From: Eledone cirrhosa
Lineage: Eukaryota
DNA length: 64,000 bases
Direction: 5' to 3'
Assembly (NCBI GenBank): GCA_964016885.1
Contig: OZ024743.1
Coordinates: 213,714,001 to 213,778,000, forward strand
Translations under genes and position numbers: made by a program
In this document: one piece after another, positions 25,140 to 37,306 of the stretch
Numbering within the stretch: the stretch's first letter is position 1
How the letters are laid out: each line of letters opens with the position of its first letter
The notes under the pieces: generated by a model
The model's input: only the letters and a program-made list of their open reading frames with translations
What the model was told of the DNA's origin: nothing
Database searches by the model: none

Positions 25140-27714
25140 TCCTTTTGAGTAAAACACACTCGTCGTATTATAGAAATGACAGTATAGGGTATAGCTCAAT
25201 GTAATACAACAGAGCTGAAAAATTATAAAAATAGACAAAGAAGCCTTCAATACATCAAAAGTCTTTATTAGCCTACAATGTTTCGTCCCAGGGCAAGTAA
25301 ACAGATAAGAAGCATTAACGGCCAGAAACTAGCCAAAACTCAGAAGAATAGGGAATACATATTCATGAAAGCTTATGAGAGATATGAAGGAATAAGTATG
25401 CAGTTACAAATATAGACTATGGGGCAATAAAGTGAGTAAAATGTCAAACCAACGTTGATATTACAGTATGAGACAAATACATTACATACAACATGGTAAT
25501 ACAATGTGGGAATTACAATATGATATAGAATACAATATAATGGGTAATAAGAAATATAAAGCTTAATATATGTATATATATATATATCCATATATATTCA
25601 CACTTACACAATCACATACTAACACTTAATAAGTATAAATATACTCTCTACAATATAAAAACACCCTGACGGTGCGCATAAACTATACAACAAATAATAA
25701 ACTATACACAAAAATATAAGTTAAACAAAAAATAATAGAATAATCTACTGACATCAAAAAATATATATAAATCTACATCATACATATCACTTAATGTCAA
25801 CAAATTGTACATAAAGTTTTTCACAGGGTAAGAAAAAATATCATAAAGCTGAAGTATGTTGAAAAAAAAAATATATATATAAATACATAGAGTAATGATA
25901 ATAAATATACTGAGGTATATGGAGTTTACATTCATAAAATATTACAAAATATTACAAAACAGTACCTTAAATATCAGACTTATATCAATACGTATAATAC
26001 AATTACATAGAAATAATATGATATATAAATGTTAATATTATAATAATAAATAATATAATAATATAAAAGTATATAAATGCAGACAGACAGAGTCAATGGA
26101 AAATATTTAAGAGATATTTACGCGATTGATATAATAATATAGGGAGGCATGTTATGATGCAAAGCAAATTATAGGAAGACAAACAGCAAGTGATAGTAAA
26201 GAAATAATGATGATGATGATAGGAGGACAAACAGCATGTGGTAGTAAAAAAATAAATAAAACAAAATAAAATGAAATACAAAAACAAAAAATAAAAACAA
26301 GCAAGTTACGAAGGTTTAACGATTTAACATGTAAATATAGAAGATATTATTATTCTAAACTAAAGAATTGAATAGAAAACCTTATTAAATTAATTAATAT
26401 TTAAATTGCTTAAAAGATATTATTGGTCCCTTCGAATGGAATAAATTTTAAGTCATCAAAGTCATATAAATTTAGGGTATTTTAATAAAAACTATAATTT
26501 AATATACATTATGATCCGTTCAGACGAATTACGTTATCAAAGAAAAAACTCTAAATAAAACTATGGTAGACCAATGGGAACAGAAATAAGTGAAACTATG
26601 GAGGATAGGAAGGATCGTAAAAGTAAAAATTAATATATAAAATAATATAATAAAAAGGAGTATGAAAGTAGAATTTATATATAATAAAATAAAAATGGGC
26701 GAATATTAAGTGTGGAAGGGAGGAGGTTCGTTAGTTTTAGATGTAGGAGACTCAAAAATTAAACTATTCAATAAGATACAAACTTACAAGGCGATAATAT
26801 TGAGTAAAAATGTAATAATGTTTAAGATGATAGATATGGTAAGGTAGCTAATAAGACAATGAAAACTAAAATTCGAAAATCGAAACAACCGTAGAAAAGT
26901 AATAATAATGGTAATAATAATGAATTAAATCCAAAGAGATAGGGAAATATATCAGCTAATAGATACGGTTTAAACTACCAGAATGTTTAGGTCTATAATA
27001 GAAGAAAGAATTAGAAATGGCATGCGGACAGGAAGAACATATCTCAGATTTTCTATTAAGCAATAAGCTCCTAGAGAAAATTATAGAATGGGTCTCTAGG
27101 ACACAAAGATTACAGAATTTAGTGTGTGTTGCTAGGTGATTAGAGTGTGCTACTATTCGCCAATTTAGGCTATATGGTATACCAGCCCCTTTTAAATCCC
27201 AGACGTGGTGTGCCAAAGAAGTAGAGTTCTTAAACTTGATGTGCTTAAAATTAGAAATATGTGAATTAAACCTAGTTTTAAAAGTATTAGAAGTGGAGCC
27301 TATATATGTGCTACAAGAAGAATTAGTCTTAACTTCACATGCATAAACAATGTTCCTAGAGAGGGAGTGACCGTTTAAAGGGCAGTTATTATTTACTCTA
27401 CAGTTATACTTCCGGGTACTAGTGGTTCGCTGATTACGCGGTGCATTATTCCTAGGGTTATTATAAGATAAGATCTGCTCGGGCGGTAAGTTATCAATAG
27501 AGCTATCAGTAAGCAAAAAGGAGTAGCTATCCCTAATTTTCCTATTGTTAGTGCTAGCTAGATGAGAATTAATGTTAGGGGTGGTAGAGAAGGAGAGTTT
27601 AATTACGTTTTTATTAAATATACCATGATATTTATTAGTAGGAGGGAAATTTTTCTCTAAAATAGAAAAGAAAGACCTAGGGATATTAGTTAATACTTCA
27701 TGATCAAAGGGCGG
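25140..27714 (-). mobile_element. 5'-truncated Naiad-type PLE, family D
   Basis: ORF 26956-27714: NCR..CPL, IVYACEV, YIGST..FKTRF..H, CNLC, CPH; long AT-rich 3' UTR. Confidence 0.9.
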
Positions 27715-27718
27715 TGTT

Positions 27719-28122
27719 TGTGTAAGTGTGAATATATATGGATATATATATATATACATATATTAAGCTTTATATTTCTTATTACCCATTATATTGTATT
27801 CTATATCATATTGTAATTCCAACATTGTATTACCATGTTGTATGTAATGTATTTGTCTCATACTGTAATATCAACGTTGGTTTGACATTTTACTCACTTT
27901 ATTGCCCTGTAGTCTATATTTGTAACTGCATACTTTTTCCTTCATATCTCTCATAAGCTTTCATGAATATGTATTCCCTATTCTTCTGAGTTTTGGCTAG
28001 TATCTGGCCGTTAATGCTTCTTATCTGTTTACTTGCCCTGATGAGTCCTGAATGGGACGAAACATTGTAGGCTAATAAAGTCTTTTGATATATTGAAGGC
28101 TTCTTTGTCTACTTTTATAATT
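27719..28122 (+). mobile_element. Inverted 3' arm of family D
   Basis: Reverse complement of ~25220-25610. Confidence 0.9.
28028..28079 (+). ncRNA. Minimal type I HHR, family D
   Basis: GCC-CTGATGA-GTCC TGAATG GGAC-GAAA-C ATT G-TA-GGC. Confidence 0.85.
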
Positions 28123-28197
28123 TTTATAATTTTTATAATTTTTATAATTTTATAATTTTATAATTTTTATAATTTTTATAATATATATATATATATA

Positions 28198-28752
28198 TAA
28201 ATGTAAGTATGTGTGTATACGTACATATATATATGGATACAGACGTACAGTAGCATGTATATTTATACATACATTCACACATATATATATGTACGTATGG
28301 GTTTACCGAACATTTATTATAATGCTCGGTTTGTTTGTAAATATTCGATATGCAAATTAGGCTGCTCAGCCTTTAATATGCATAAGGAAAGTATATACTT
28401 TCAGACGTTCGACCATCTGACAGAAAGGTATACGATAGTGACGATAGCTAATAAGCTTGAAACTAGTACATCTTTCCTGTGGCAGTGTTGAACAAAAAAA
28501 GGTGACGATGGTTGCCTGAACACTGTACGGCGTAATTCGGGCTGTTTGTTTACAAACAAACCGAGCATTATAATAAATGTTCGGTAAACCCATACGTACA
28601 TATATATATATATGTGTGCATGTATGTATATATATGCATACTACTGTACGTCTGTATACATATATGTATGTACATATACATACTTACATACTTACATTTA
28701 AGTACCAGCCGTACGAAGAATGAGACATGAAATTTCGTTTAATTCTTTTCCA

Positions 28753-28757
<5 letters not shown>
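28198..28757. mobile_element. Diverged head-to-head copy of the 422-bp family
   Basis: 28198-28341 minus arm, ~28345-28757 plus arm; shares ccgagcattataataaatgttcgg and an HHR remnant at 28434-28472. Confidence 0.85.
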
Positions 28758-28803
<46 letters not shown>

Positions 28804-29803
28804 ATAAATAAATATATATATATATATATAAAATATTAAATAAATAATGAACAAACAATTCCTTATATTAAACAAAAAAAGTTCACTATTTAACGATCGT
28901 TTCTAGGGTATATATGTGCTATAATTGGTATGCATATTTAACAGATCTATGTACAAAATTATACAAAATTATACAAATTATCAAGATTAAATATACATAC
29001 CTAACTCATATATACGCCGTCTTCAGAAATAATGAAGTATATTTATTGATAATAACAACAATTCAAAATATCAGTTCAAAATTGACCAATGAAAACACAA
29101 AGGGTTAAAAAGCAGTTTGGTGTGTGTATATACATGTAAAACCCTACACGCATTTTACAATAATGTGTGTATAATATGTATGTGCATACTAAAAAGATGG
29201 ATGCAAATAAAAAATTTCAAGGTTAATATCTCTGTAAGCTTAATGCGCTGATAATATACACAATGATACTTATGTAGTCAAGCATATAAATATATTTTTT
29301 TCATACTCACACATATCAGTATAATCACACATACATGTGCGTATATATATAAATATACACATAACCACGAACACACAAACACACACACACCCCCCACTCA
29401 CATTTATATATGTGGATATAAAATCATAAGCAAATAGAAATTAAGTCACTCACATAAACACACTGGTACACACATTTCAAGATCAAGATACAGAAATTAG
29501 GTGGGAGGGGGGGGAGGGGTCAGTGTTAGGTTGTCAGACCAGACAGCCTAATATAAATGTATCTATAAATTATGAAAAATAAAAAATAAAAAAATAAAAA
29601 CAATAAAATATATTACATATAATATAATGTACATACGCATACAGATATACATACACATACATACATGTACGCGCACATAGAGATATCTACACATACATAC
29701 ATACACACATACCTATACTGTCATACACACACATACATTTACACGAACATACACATACACATATAAAAAGATAAAAATACGGACACACACACGCGCAACA
29801 CAT

Positions 29804-29852
<49 letters not shown>

Positions 29853-29963
29853 TATACACACACACACATAGACTCATATATATATACATACACATACATA
29901 TACTTATACATAAACATATATATCCCACACTCATACCACCATGAAAACACATACGAACATCCA

Positions 29964-30014
<51 letters not shown>

Positions 30015-30110
30015 ATACACACACGTACACATATATGCATATATACATACATATATACACACATACACATATATACATATATATACACACACACGTAAAA
30101 TACAGACATG

Positions 30111-30149
<39 letters not shown>

Positions 30150-30241
30150 TTCATTACCCTTATATATACACATAGTATATATACATACAAAACCTCACTT
30201 ATACACATATACACATAAGTTATATTACAATAATAATAAAG

Positions 30242-30278
<37 letters not shown>

Positions 30279-30417
30279 TATACACACATATACAAATATA
30301 CATACATACACATACATATACATACATACATACACATACATACATACACCTAAATATAAACATATATAAATACACACATACGAATAAAGACATATATTCA
30401 CACATAGACACCTATAT

Positions 30418-30461
<44 letters not shown>

Positions 30462-30548
30462 ATATACACACACATACACATACATACACATATATATATA
30501 TATACACATATATACACACGCACACACATACAGACACACATACACACC

Positions 30549-30583
<35 letters not shown>

Positions 30584-31118
30584 ATGTGAGTGTGCGCAAA
30601 TACACACATATATATATACACACACACATACAAACACACACAAACACATACATATGCATACATGCACACACACACACATATATCACATAGATACAAAGAT
30701 AAACATATAAATAGAGAGACATACAAATATATACAGAACCCATATACACATACATGCAAACACGCATATACATATATACATATATACACACATATATATT
30801 CCTATATACAAGCATACACATACACACACATATATACATATACCTACACATATATATACACCACACATTCACATACACGTACATACACGTACATATATAT
30901 ACACCACACATTCACATACACGTACATATATTACTACCGTAAACTCTTGGTAGATTTATCTACATAATTTTGCTCCTATTTTCACGGAAATATTCGTATT
31001 TTTGTACTGTATGTGTGTATTAATTTTATATTTATGTATATACATATATATATGTATGATTTTGTAAACCCATATACATTTAGTTGAGCTCTTTCAATTG
31101 TCCATCATCCATATCACA

Positions 31119-33560
31119 ATGGAAAAACAATATTTAGGAACCTCCTTAAAAAACATACCAATACCTTCTAAGGACGACTTCTTACTCCTTATGATTCAGA
31201 AAACTAATAATTTTATCAGAAGGGTTAGATGGAGAGCCTACCACTTTGATAGAAAATCTAAACAAGCAGATCGGAAATATATGTATGATTTCAACACTTA
31301 CAAGAATCCACCACACAACTTTTTACTTGAAGACTTCGAGAAAGACCTTTTTAATTTAATTAAACAACTCAAATTTAAAAAGTATAAATCCGTCTTTCAA
31401 AAGGACCTTGATTCTACCCTATTGGACCTAAAAAAGTCTAAAAAAATCCATGTCCACTCGGACAAAACTGGTAACTTGTATCATATGGATATTGAACATT
31501 ATAATGAGTTCATATATAAAGAACTCAGAAAAAGTTATAAAAAATCTAATAATGCGTCACTCACCAACATCAACAACAAAACACACAACATAGTAAAACA
31601 ACTAAATATTGAAGATAGAACTGAACCTTTGGCATTGAGAAGTCCACAATTCAACCTGAAAGATCACAAATCTAACTTTAACTCTAATCCTTCTATTAGA
31701 CTTATATGTCCTTCCAAATCAGATATTGGAATAATTAGCAAAAAAATTTTAGATAGAGTCATCCCACAAATAAGAAAATACGTTATTTTACCACTCTGGG
31801 AAAACACCTCCCAGGTAATTAATTGGTTTAAAAATATTAGGTGTAAATCTTCTGCTTCTTTCCTACAGTTCGATATAGATAACTATTATTCTTCTATATC
31901 ACCCATACTCCTGAACAAAGCATTAATATTTGCTAAAAATAGATCTAATTTAACTTCGGATGACATTAACATTATTACACATGCTAGACAAACACTTATT
32001 GAATTTCAGAATGAATACTGGACCAGAAACACTTATAGTAATCTTTTTGATATTACTATGGGTTCAAGCGATTCTGCCCAAATTACTGATCTTGTGGGCC
32101 TCTTTCTCCTTTTCAACATAAATGCCTCTTTTCCCCACCTCAAAGGTGGTTTATATCGTGATGACTGTCTTCTTCTTTCTAACAACCTTAGCCTTTCAGA
32201 AATTGAAAAAAACAAAAAGCATATTAGAACTTTCCTTAAGGACTATTATAATCTTAATATTACTTTTGAAAAAACAAGTAAAGTAGTAAATTTCCTAGAT
32301 ATAACTTTAGATTTAGCTACGGGTATATACCAACCTTACCATAAACCTAACCAAAACTTACATTACATACACTCACAATCTAATCACCCTAAATCTATCC
32401 TTAAAAACCTTGCATATAATATATCACTTAGAATTTCTAACCTTTCTTCTAACCAAGATGTATTTGATAAAAATGCGACCTTTTATAATGAAGCTCTAGA
32501 TAGAAGTGGCCACAAAAATAGATTAGAGTATATAACTTCTACTAAAAATACTGAAAACATACAGCATAATATTACCAACAAACACCAAATGAAAGGTACA
32601 CACCTAAATGCCACCCACAGTATACCCCAAAATACTAAATCTTCTAATATAAAGTATAGTAACCCTCAAAAAACTACTCATCATAAGACTATAATAAATA
32701 TTAATAATAAAACTCCTAATAAAAAAGATAAAACACCTAAATCTACAAATATAACTAAAAATAGTTGTGGTGAGATCATTAACATTATTCCTCCTAGTAA
32801 AAATCATGATACAACATATAAAAATAATAAAAATAATAAACAACATAGAAACCGTAATAGACGAGTTACTTGGTATAATGCTCCTTTTAATTTACAAGTT
32901 AAGGATAATATTGCTAAAAAATTTTTTTATATCCTTGAGAAAAACTTCCCGCCAAACCACAAATACCATCAAATCTTAAATAGGTCTACAGTTAAATTCT
33001 CATATTCTACAACAAATAACATAAAACAAAATATAAGTGCATATAATGCATATAAATGTAAGAAAACTATAAGTATACCACCAGTACATCAAATTAACAA
33101 TAATATCTCCTCAAATACAGAATTAACGAAAGGATGTAACTGTAGAAACAAAACAAACTGCCCATTAAAAGGGAATTGTCTTGTTAACAACATAGTCTAT
33201 AAATGTAATGTTAAAACTAAAGATTCTATTTGCTCATATATAGGAGCTACCTCTAACAATTTTAAGACAAGGTATAATACCCACAAACATAGCTTTAAAA
33301 ATGCCGCACTGGCTAATACAACATCTCTAGCAGAAAAAATCAATAGTTATAAAAATAAAAATATAAAATATGATTTGACCTGGAGTGTGCTCAAAAGAGC
33401 CACCCCTTATCAAAATAATAGAAAGGAATGTAGATTATGTTCCCAAGAACTATTTGAAATAATGAAGTCTAGGGATATCTTATTAAATAAAAGACAGGAA
33501 TTAATTATATCGTGTAATCATAAACTAAAAAAAACATTTAAATATTATAAACCTAATTAA
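31119..33560 (+). CDS. Intact PLE (Naiad-type) reverse transcriptase + GIY-YIG endonuclease, copy 1
   Basis: Uninterrupted ORF (813 aa from ATG 31119; track starts at TTG 31098): SLKNIPIP, SDKT, QFDIDNYYSSI, MGSSDSAQ, YRDD, CNCRNKTNCPLKGNC, IVY..YIG, CRLC. Confidence 0.97.
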   Translation: MEKQYLGTSLKNIPIPSKDDFLLLMIQKTNNFIRRVRWRAYHFDRKSKQADRKYMYDFNTYKNPPHNFLLEDFEKDLFNLIKQLKFKKYKSVFQKDLDSTLLDLKKSKKIHVHSDKTGNLYHMDIEHYNEFIYKELRKSYKKSNNASLTNINNKTHNIVKQLNIEDRTEPLALRSPQFNLKDHKSNFNSNPSIRLICPSKSDIGIISKKILDRVIPQIRKYVILPLWENTSQVINWFKNIRCKSSASFLQFDIDNYYSSISPILLNKALIFAKNRSNLTSDDINIITHARQTLIEFQNEYWTRNTYSNLFDITMGSSDSAQITDLVGLFLLFNINASFPHLKGGLYRDDCLLLSNNLSLSEIEKNKKHIRTFLKDYYNLNITFEKTSKVVNFLDITLDLATGIYQPYHKPNQNLHYIHSQSNHPKSILKNLAYNISLRISNLSSNQDVFDKNATFYNEALDRSGHKNRLEYITSTKNTENIQHNITNKHQMKGTHLNATHSIPQNTKSSNIKYSNPQKTTHHKTIININNKTPNKKDKTPKSTNITKNSCGEIINIIPPSKNHDTTYKNNKNNKQHRNRNRRVTWYNAPFNLQVKDNIAKKFFYILEKNFPPNHKYHQILNRSTVKFSYSTTNNIKQNISAYNAYKCKKTISIPPVHQINNNISSNTELTKGCNCRNKTNCPLKGNCLVNNIVYKCNVKTKDSICSYIGATSNNFKTRYNTHKHSFKNAALANTTSLAEKINSYKNKNIKYDLTWSVLKRATPYQNNRKECRLCSQELFEIMKSRDILLNKRQELIISCNHKLKKTFKYYKPN

Positions 33561-35260
33561 TAACATTATTCTAGAATTTAATTTAATTTAAATGTTAGTT
33601 AACCTATAAATTTAATTTAATTAATATTTTATTACAGATGAGAAAATATTATGTAATCATTAATTTTGAAAAACCTTTAAATATTACTAATATATATTCA
33701 GTAATTTAATTTATAGATTAATTTTAACTTATTTTAACCTTTTATTATAATTTTTTAATTTAGTTTAACCTTTTATTATAAAATTTTTTTTATTATAATT
33801 CTTTTACAGATAAAATATAACAAAATAATATCATGTATCCTATGACGGAGAAAGAATTTTTAGTATTATTGACCTAATTAATATACATTTTGGAAATATA
33901 TTTATTATTTGGTTTTAGCTTTAATCAACCTAAAACTTTAATTTTAATTTTAATTTGCTTAAAATTAGTATCCTTGTACAGACGAATTGCAGAATTTCAT
34001 GTAATCATAGAATGGGAGGTGTTTTTGGATATATACCTAGTTAATATATTCTGTGCAAATTTTTTGAAAAAGATATGTATATCTATATGTATGTGTATAT
34101 GTGTGTATTGTATGTGTATCTGTATGTATATTTATGTGACTATATATGTATGTATGTGTGTATATATATGTATATATATATATATATATATGTGTATGTA
34201 TATGTATACGTATGTGTATGTGTATGTATATGTATGTGTATGCGTATTAATTTTGATTTTTATTTGCATATAATTATATTATGCTATTGATGAAATACAA
34301 TATCTGCTTTATGTATTGTATACCTAATTAACATATACTAATTAACATATACTATTGAAATAAATATATAATTTTTAACTTAGTTAACATATAATTTATA
34401 TGCTACTACCGATGTAATAATTTATTTTATTTTTATTTGGGTTTCTTTTCCCTATTATTAACTTTAATTTAGTTATAATGTAATTAATAATCTACTACTG
34501 TTTGACTTCATAATTCTGCTTCAGATATTATAAACCTAACTAATTTTACACCTTGGAAATCAATATGTTGACTATCTTTGGTTTAGTTGACATATGATTA
34601 ATGGTATACTTTTTTACTTTTTTATTTTGTGATGCATAGATTTCGTATTTCCTAACATTGAAAATATGTAAGAACATACATTGAATTAAGATATGGAAAA
34701 TATTATAGGTTTCTTGAAACATATATTTACTTTGATCCCCTTCTCCAAACCCCCCCCTTTCCCCCATACTATTATCATCTGTTTTTGTAAGTGTATATGT
34801 ATGAATATATGGGTAGATGGGTGTCTATATAGTTTTTTTGGTATTTATTTCTAGATATAAAAATACATATATGAGCATGTAAATATGAATGTAAGATTGA
34901 GTGTGTATATATGATTGTACATACATATGTATGTATATGTATGTATATATATGTATTATATATGTACGTGTATGTGAATGTGTGGTATATATATGTGTAG
35001 GTATATGTATATATGTGTGTGTATGTGTATGCTTGTATATAGGAATATATATGTGTGTATATATGTATATATGTATATGCGTGTTTGCATGTATGTGTAT
35101 ATGGGTTCTGTATATATTTGTATGTCTCTCTATTTATATGTTTATCTTTGTATCTATGTGATATATGTGTGTGTGTGTGCATGTATGCATATGTATGTGT
35201 TTGTGTGTGTTTGTATGTGTGTGTGTATATATATATGTGTGTATTTGCGCACACTCACAT

Positions 35261-35295
<35 letters not shown>

Positions 35296-35382
35296 GGTGT
35301 GTATGTGTGTCTGTATGTGTGTGCGTGTGTATATATGTGTATATATATATATATGTGTATGTATGTGTATGTGTGTGTATAT

Positions 35383-35426
<44 letters not shown>

Positions 35427-35565
35427 ATATAGGTGTCTATGTGTGAATATATGTCTTTATTCGTATGTGTGTATTTATATATGTTTATATTTAGGTGTAT
35501 GTATGTATGTGTATGTATGTATGTATATGTATGTGTATGTATGTATATTTGTATATGTGTGTATA

Positions 35566-35602
<37 letters not shown>

Positions 35603-35694
35603 CTTTATTATTATTGTAATATAACTTATGTGTATATGTGTATAAGTGAGGTTTTGTATGTATATATACTATGTGTATATATAAGGGTAATGAA

Positions 35695-35733
<39 letters not shown>

Positions 35734-35829
35734 CATGTCTGTATTTTACGTGTGTGTGTATATATATGTATATATGTGTATGTGTGTATATATGTATGTA
35801 TATATGCATATATGTGTACGTGTGTGTAT

Positions 35830-35880
<51 letters not shown>

Positions 35881-35991
35881 TGGATGTTCGTATGTGTTTT
35901 CATGGTGGTATGAGTGTGGGATATATATGTTTATGTATAAGTATATGTATGTGTATGTATATATATATGAGTCTATGTGTGTGTGTGTATA

Positions 35992-36040
<49 letters not shown>

Positions 36041-36808
36041 ATGTGTTGCGCGTGTGTGTGTCCGTATTTTTATCTTTTTATATGTGTATGTGTATGTTCG
36101 TGTAAATGTATGTGTGTGTATGACAGTATAGGTATGTGTGTATGTATGTATGTGTAGATATCTCTATGTGCGCGTACATGTATGTATGTGTATGTATATC
36201 TGTATGCGTATGTACATTATATTATATGTAATATATTTTATTGTTTTTATTTTTTTATTTTTTATTTTTCATAATTTATAGATACATTTATATTAGGCTG
36301 TCTGGTCTGACAACCTAACACTGACCCCTCCCCCCCCCTCCCACCTAATTTCTGTATCTTGATCTTGAAATGTGTGTACCAGTGTGTTTATGTGAGTGAC
36401 TTAATTTCTATTTGCTTATGATTTTATATCCACATATATAAATGTGAGTGGGGGGTGTGTGTGTGTTTGTGTGTTCGTGGTTATGTGTATATTTATATAT
36501 ATACGCACATGTATGTGTGATTATACTGATATGTGTGAGTATGAAAAAAATATATTTATATGCTTGACTACATAAGTATCATTGTGTATATTATCAGCGC
36601 ATTAAGCTTACAGAGATATTAACCTTGAAATTTTTTATTTGCATCCATCTTTTTAGTATGCACATACATATTATACACACATTATTGTAAAATGCGTGTA
36701 GGGTTTTACATGTATATACACACACCAAACTGCTTTTTAACCCTTTGTGTTTTCATTGGTCAATTTTGAACTGATATTTTGAATTGTTGTTATTATCAAT
36801 AAATATAC

Positions 36809-36963
36809 TTCATTATTTCTGAAGACGGCGTATATATGAGTTAGGTATGTATATTTAATCTTGATAATTTGTATAATTTTGTATAATTTTGTACATAGAT
36901 CTGTTAAATATGCATACCAATTATAGCACATATATACCCTAGAAACGATCGTTAAATAGTGAA
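36809..36963 (+). ncRNA. Type I HHR with 116-nt stem II, family E (also 42997-43151 on +, 28882-29036 on -)
   Basis: TTCATTATTT-CTGAAGA-[gtatatatg/catatatac; ggtatgtatatttaa/ttaaatatgcatacc]-GAAA-C GATC G-TT-AAATAGTGAA; 10-bp stem I. Confidence 0.8.
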
Positions 36964-37306
36964 CTTTTTTTGTTTAATATAAGGAATTGTTTGTTCATTA
37001 TTTATTTAATATTTTATCTTCACTCTGTATACCGTTTATCTTTCACCGAAATTGGATTTTCATTACATCTCTTCTTTCCATGATATCCGGAATACATTGA
37101 GTTCTTCATACGGATTGGACACTACCGTAAACTCTTGGTAGATTTATCTACATAATTTTGCTCCTATTTTCACGGAAATATTCGTATTTTTGTACTGTAT
37201 GTGTGTATTAATTTTATATTTATGTATATACATATATATATGTATGATTTTGTAAACCCATATACATTTAGTTGAGCTCTTTCAATTGTCCATCATCCAT
37301 ATCACA

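Noticed and set aside
37077-37119. ATGA-containing hairpin as a SECIS in family E
   Set aside because: The ORF has no in-frame TGA and the helix II/AA geometry does not fit; only a generic hairpin (tcca..atccg/cggat tgga)
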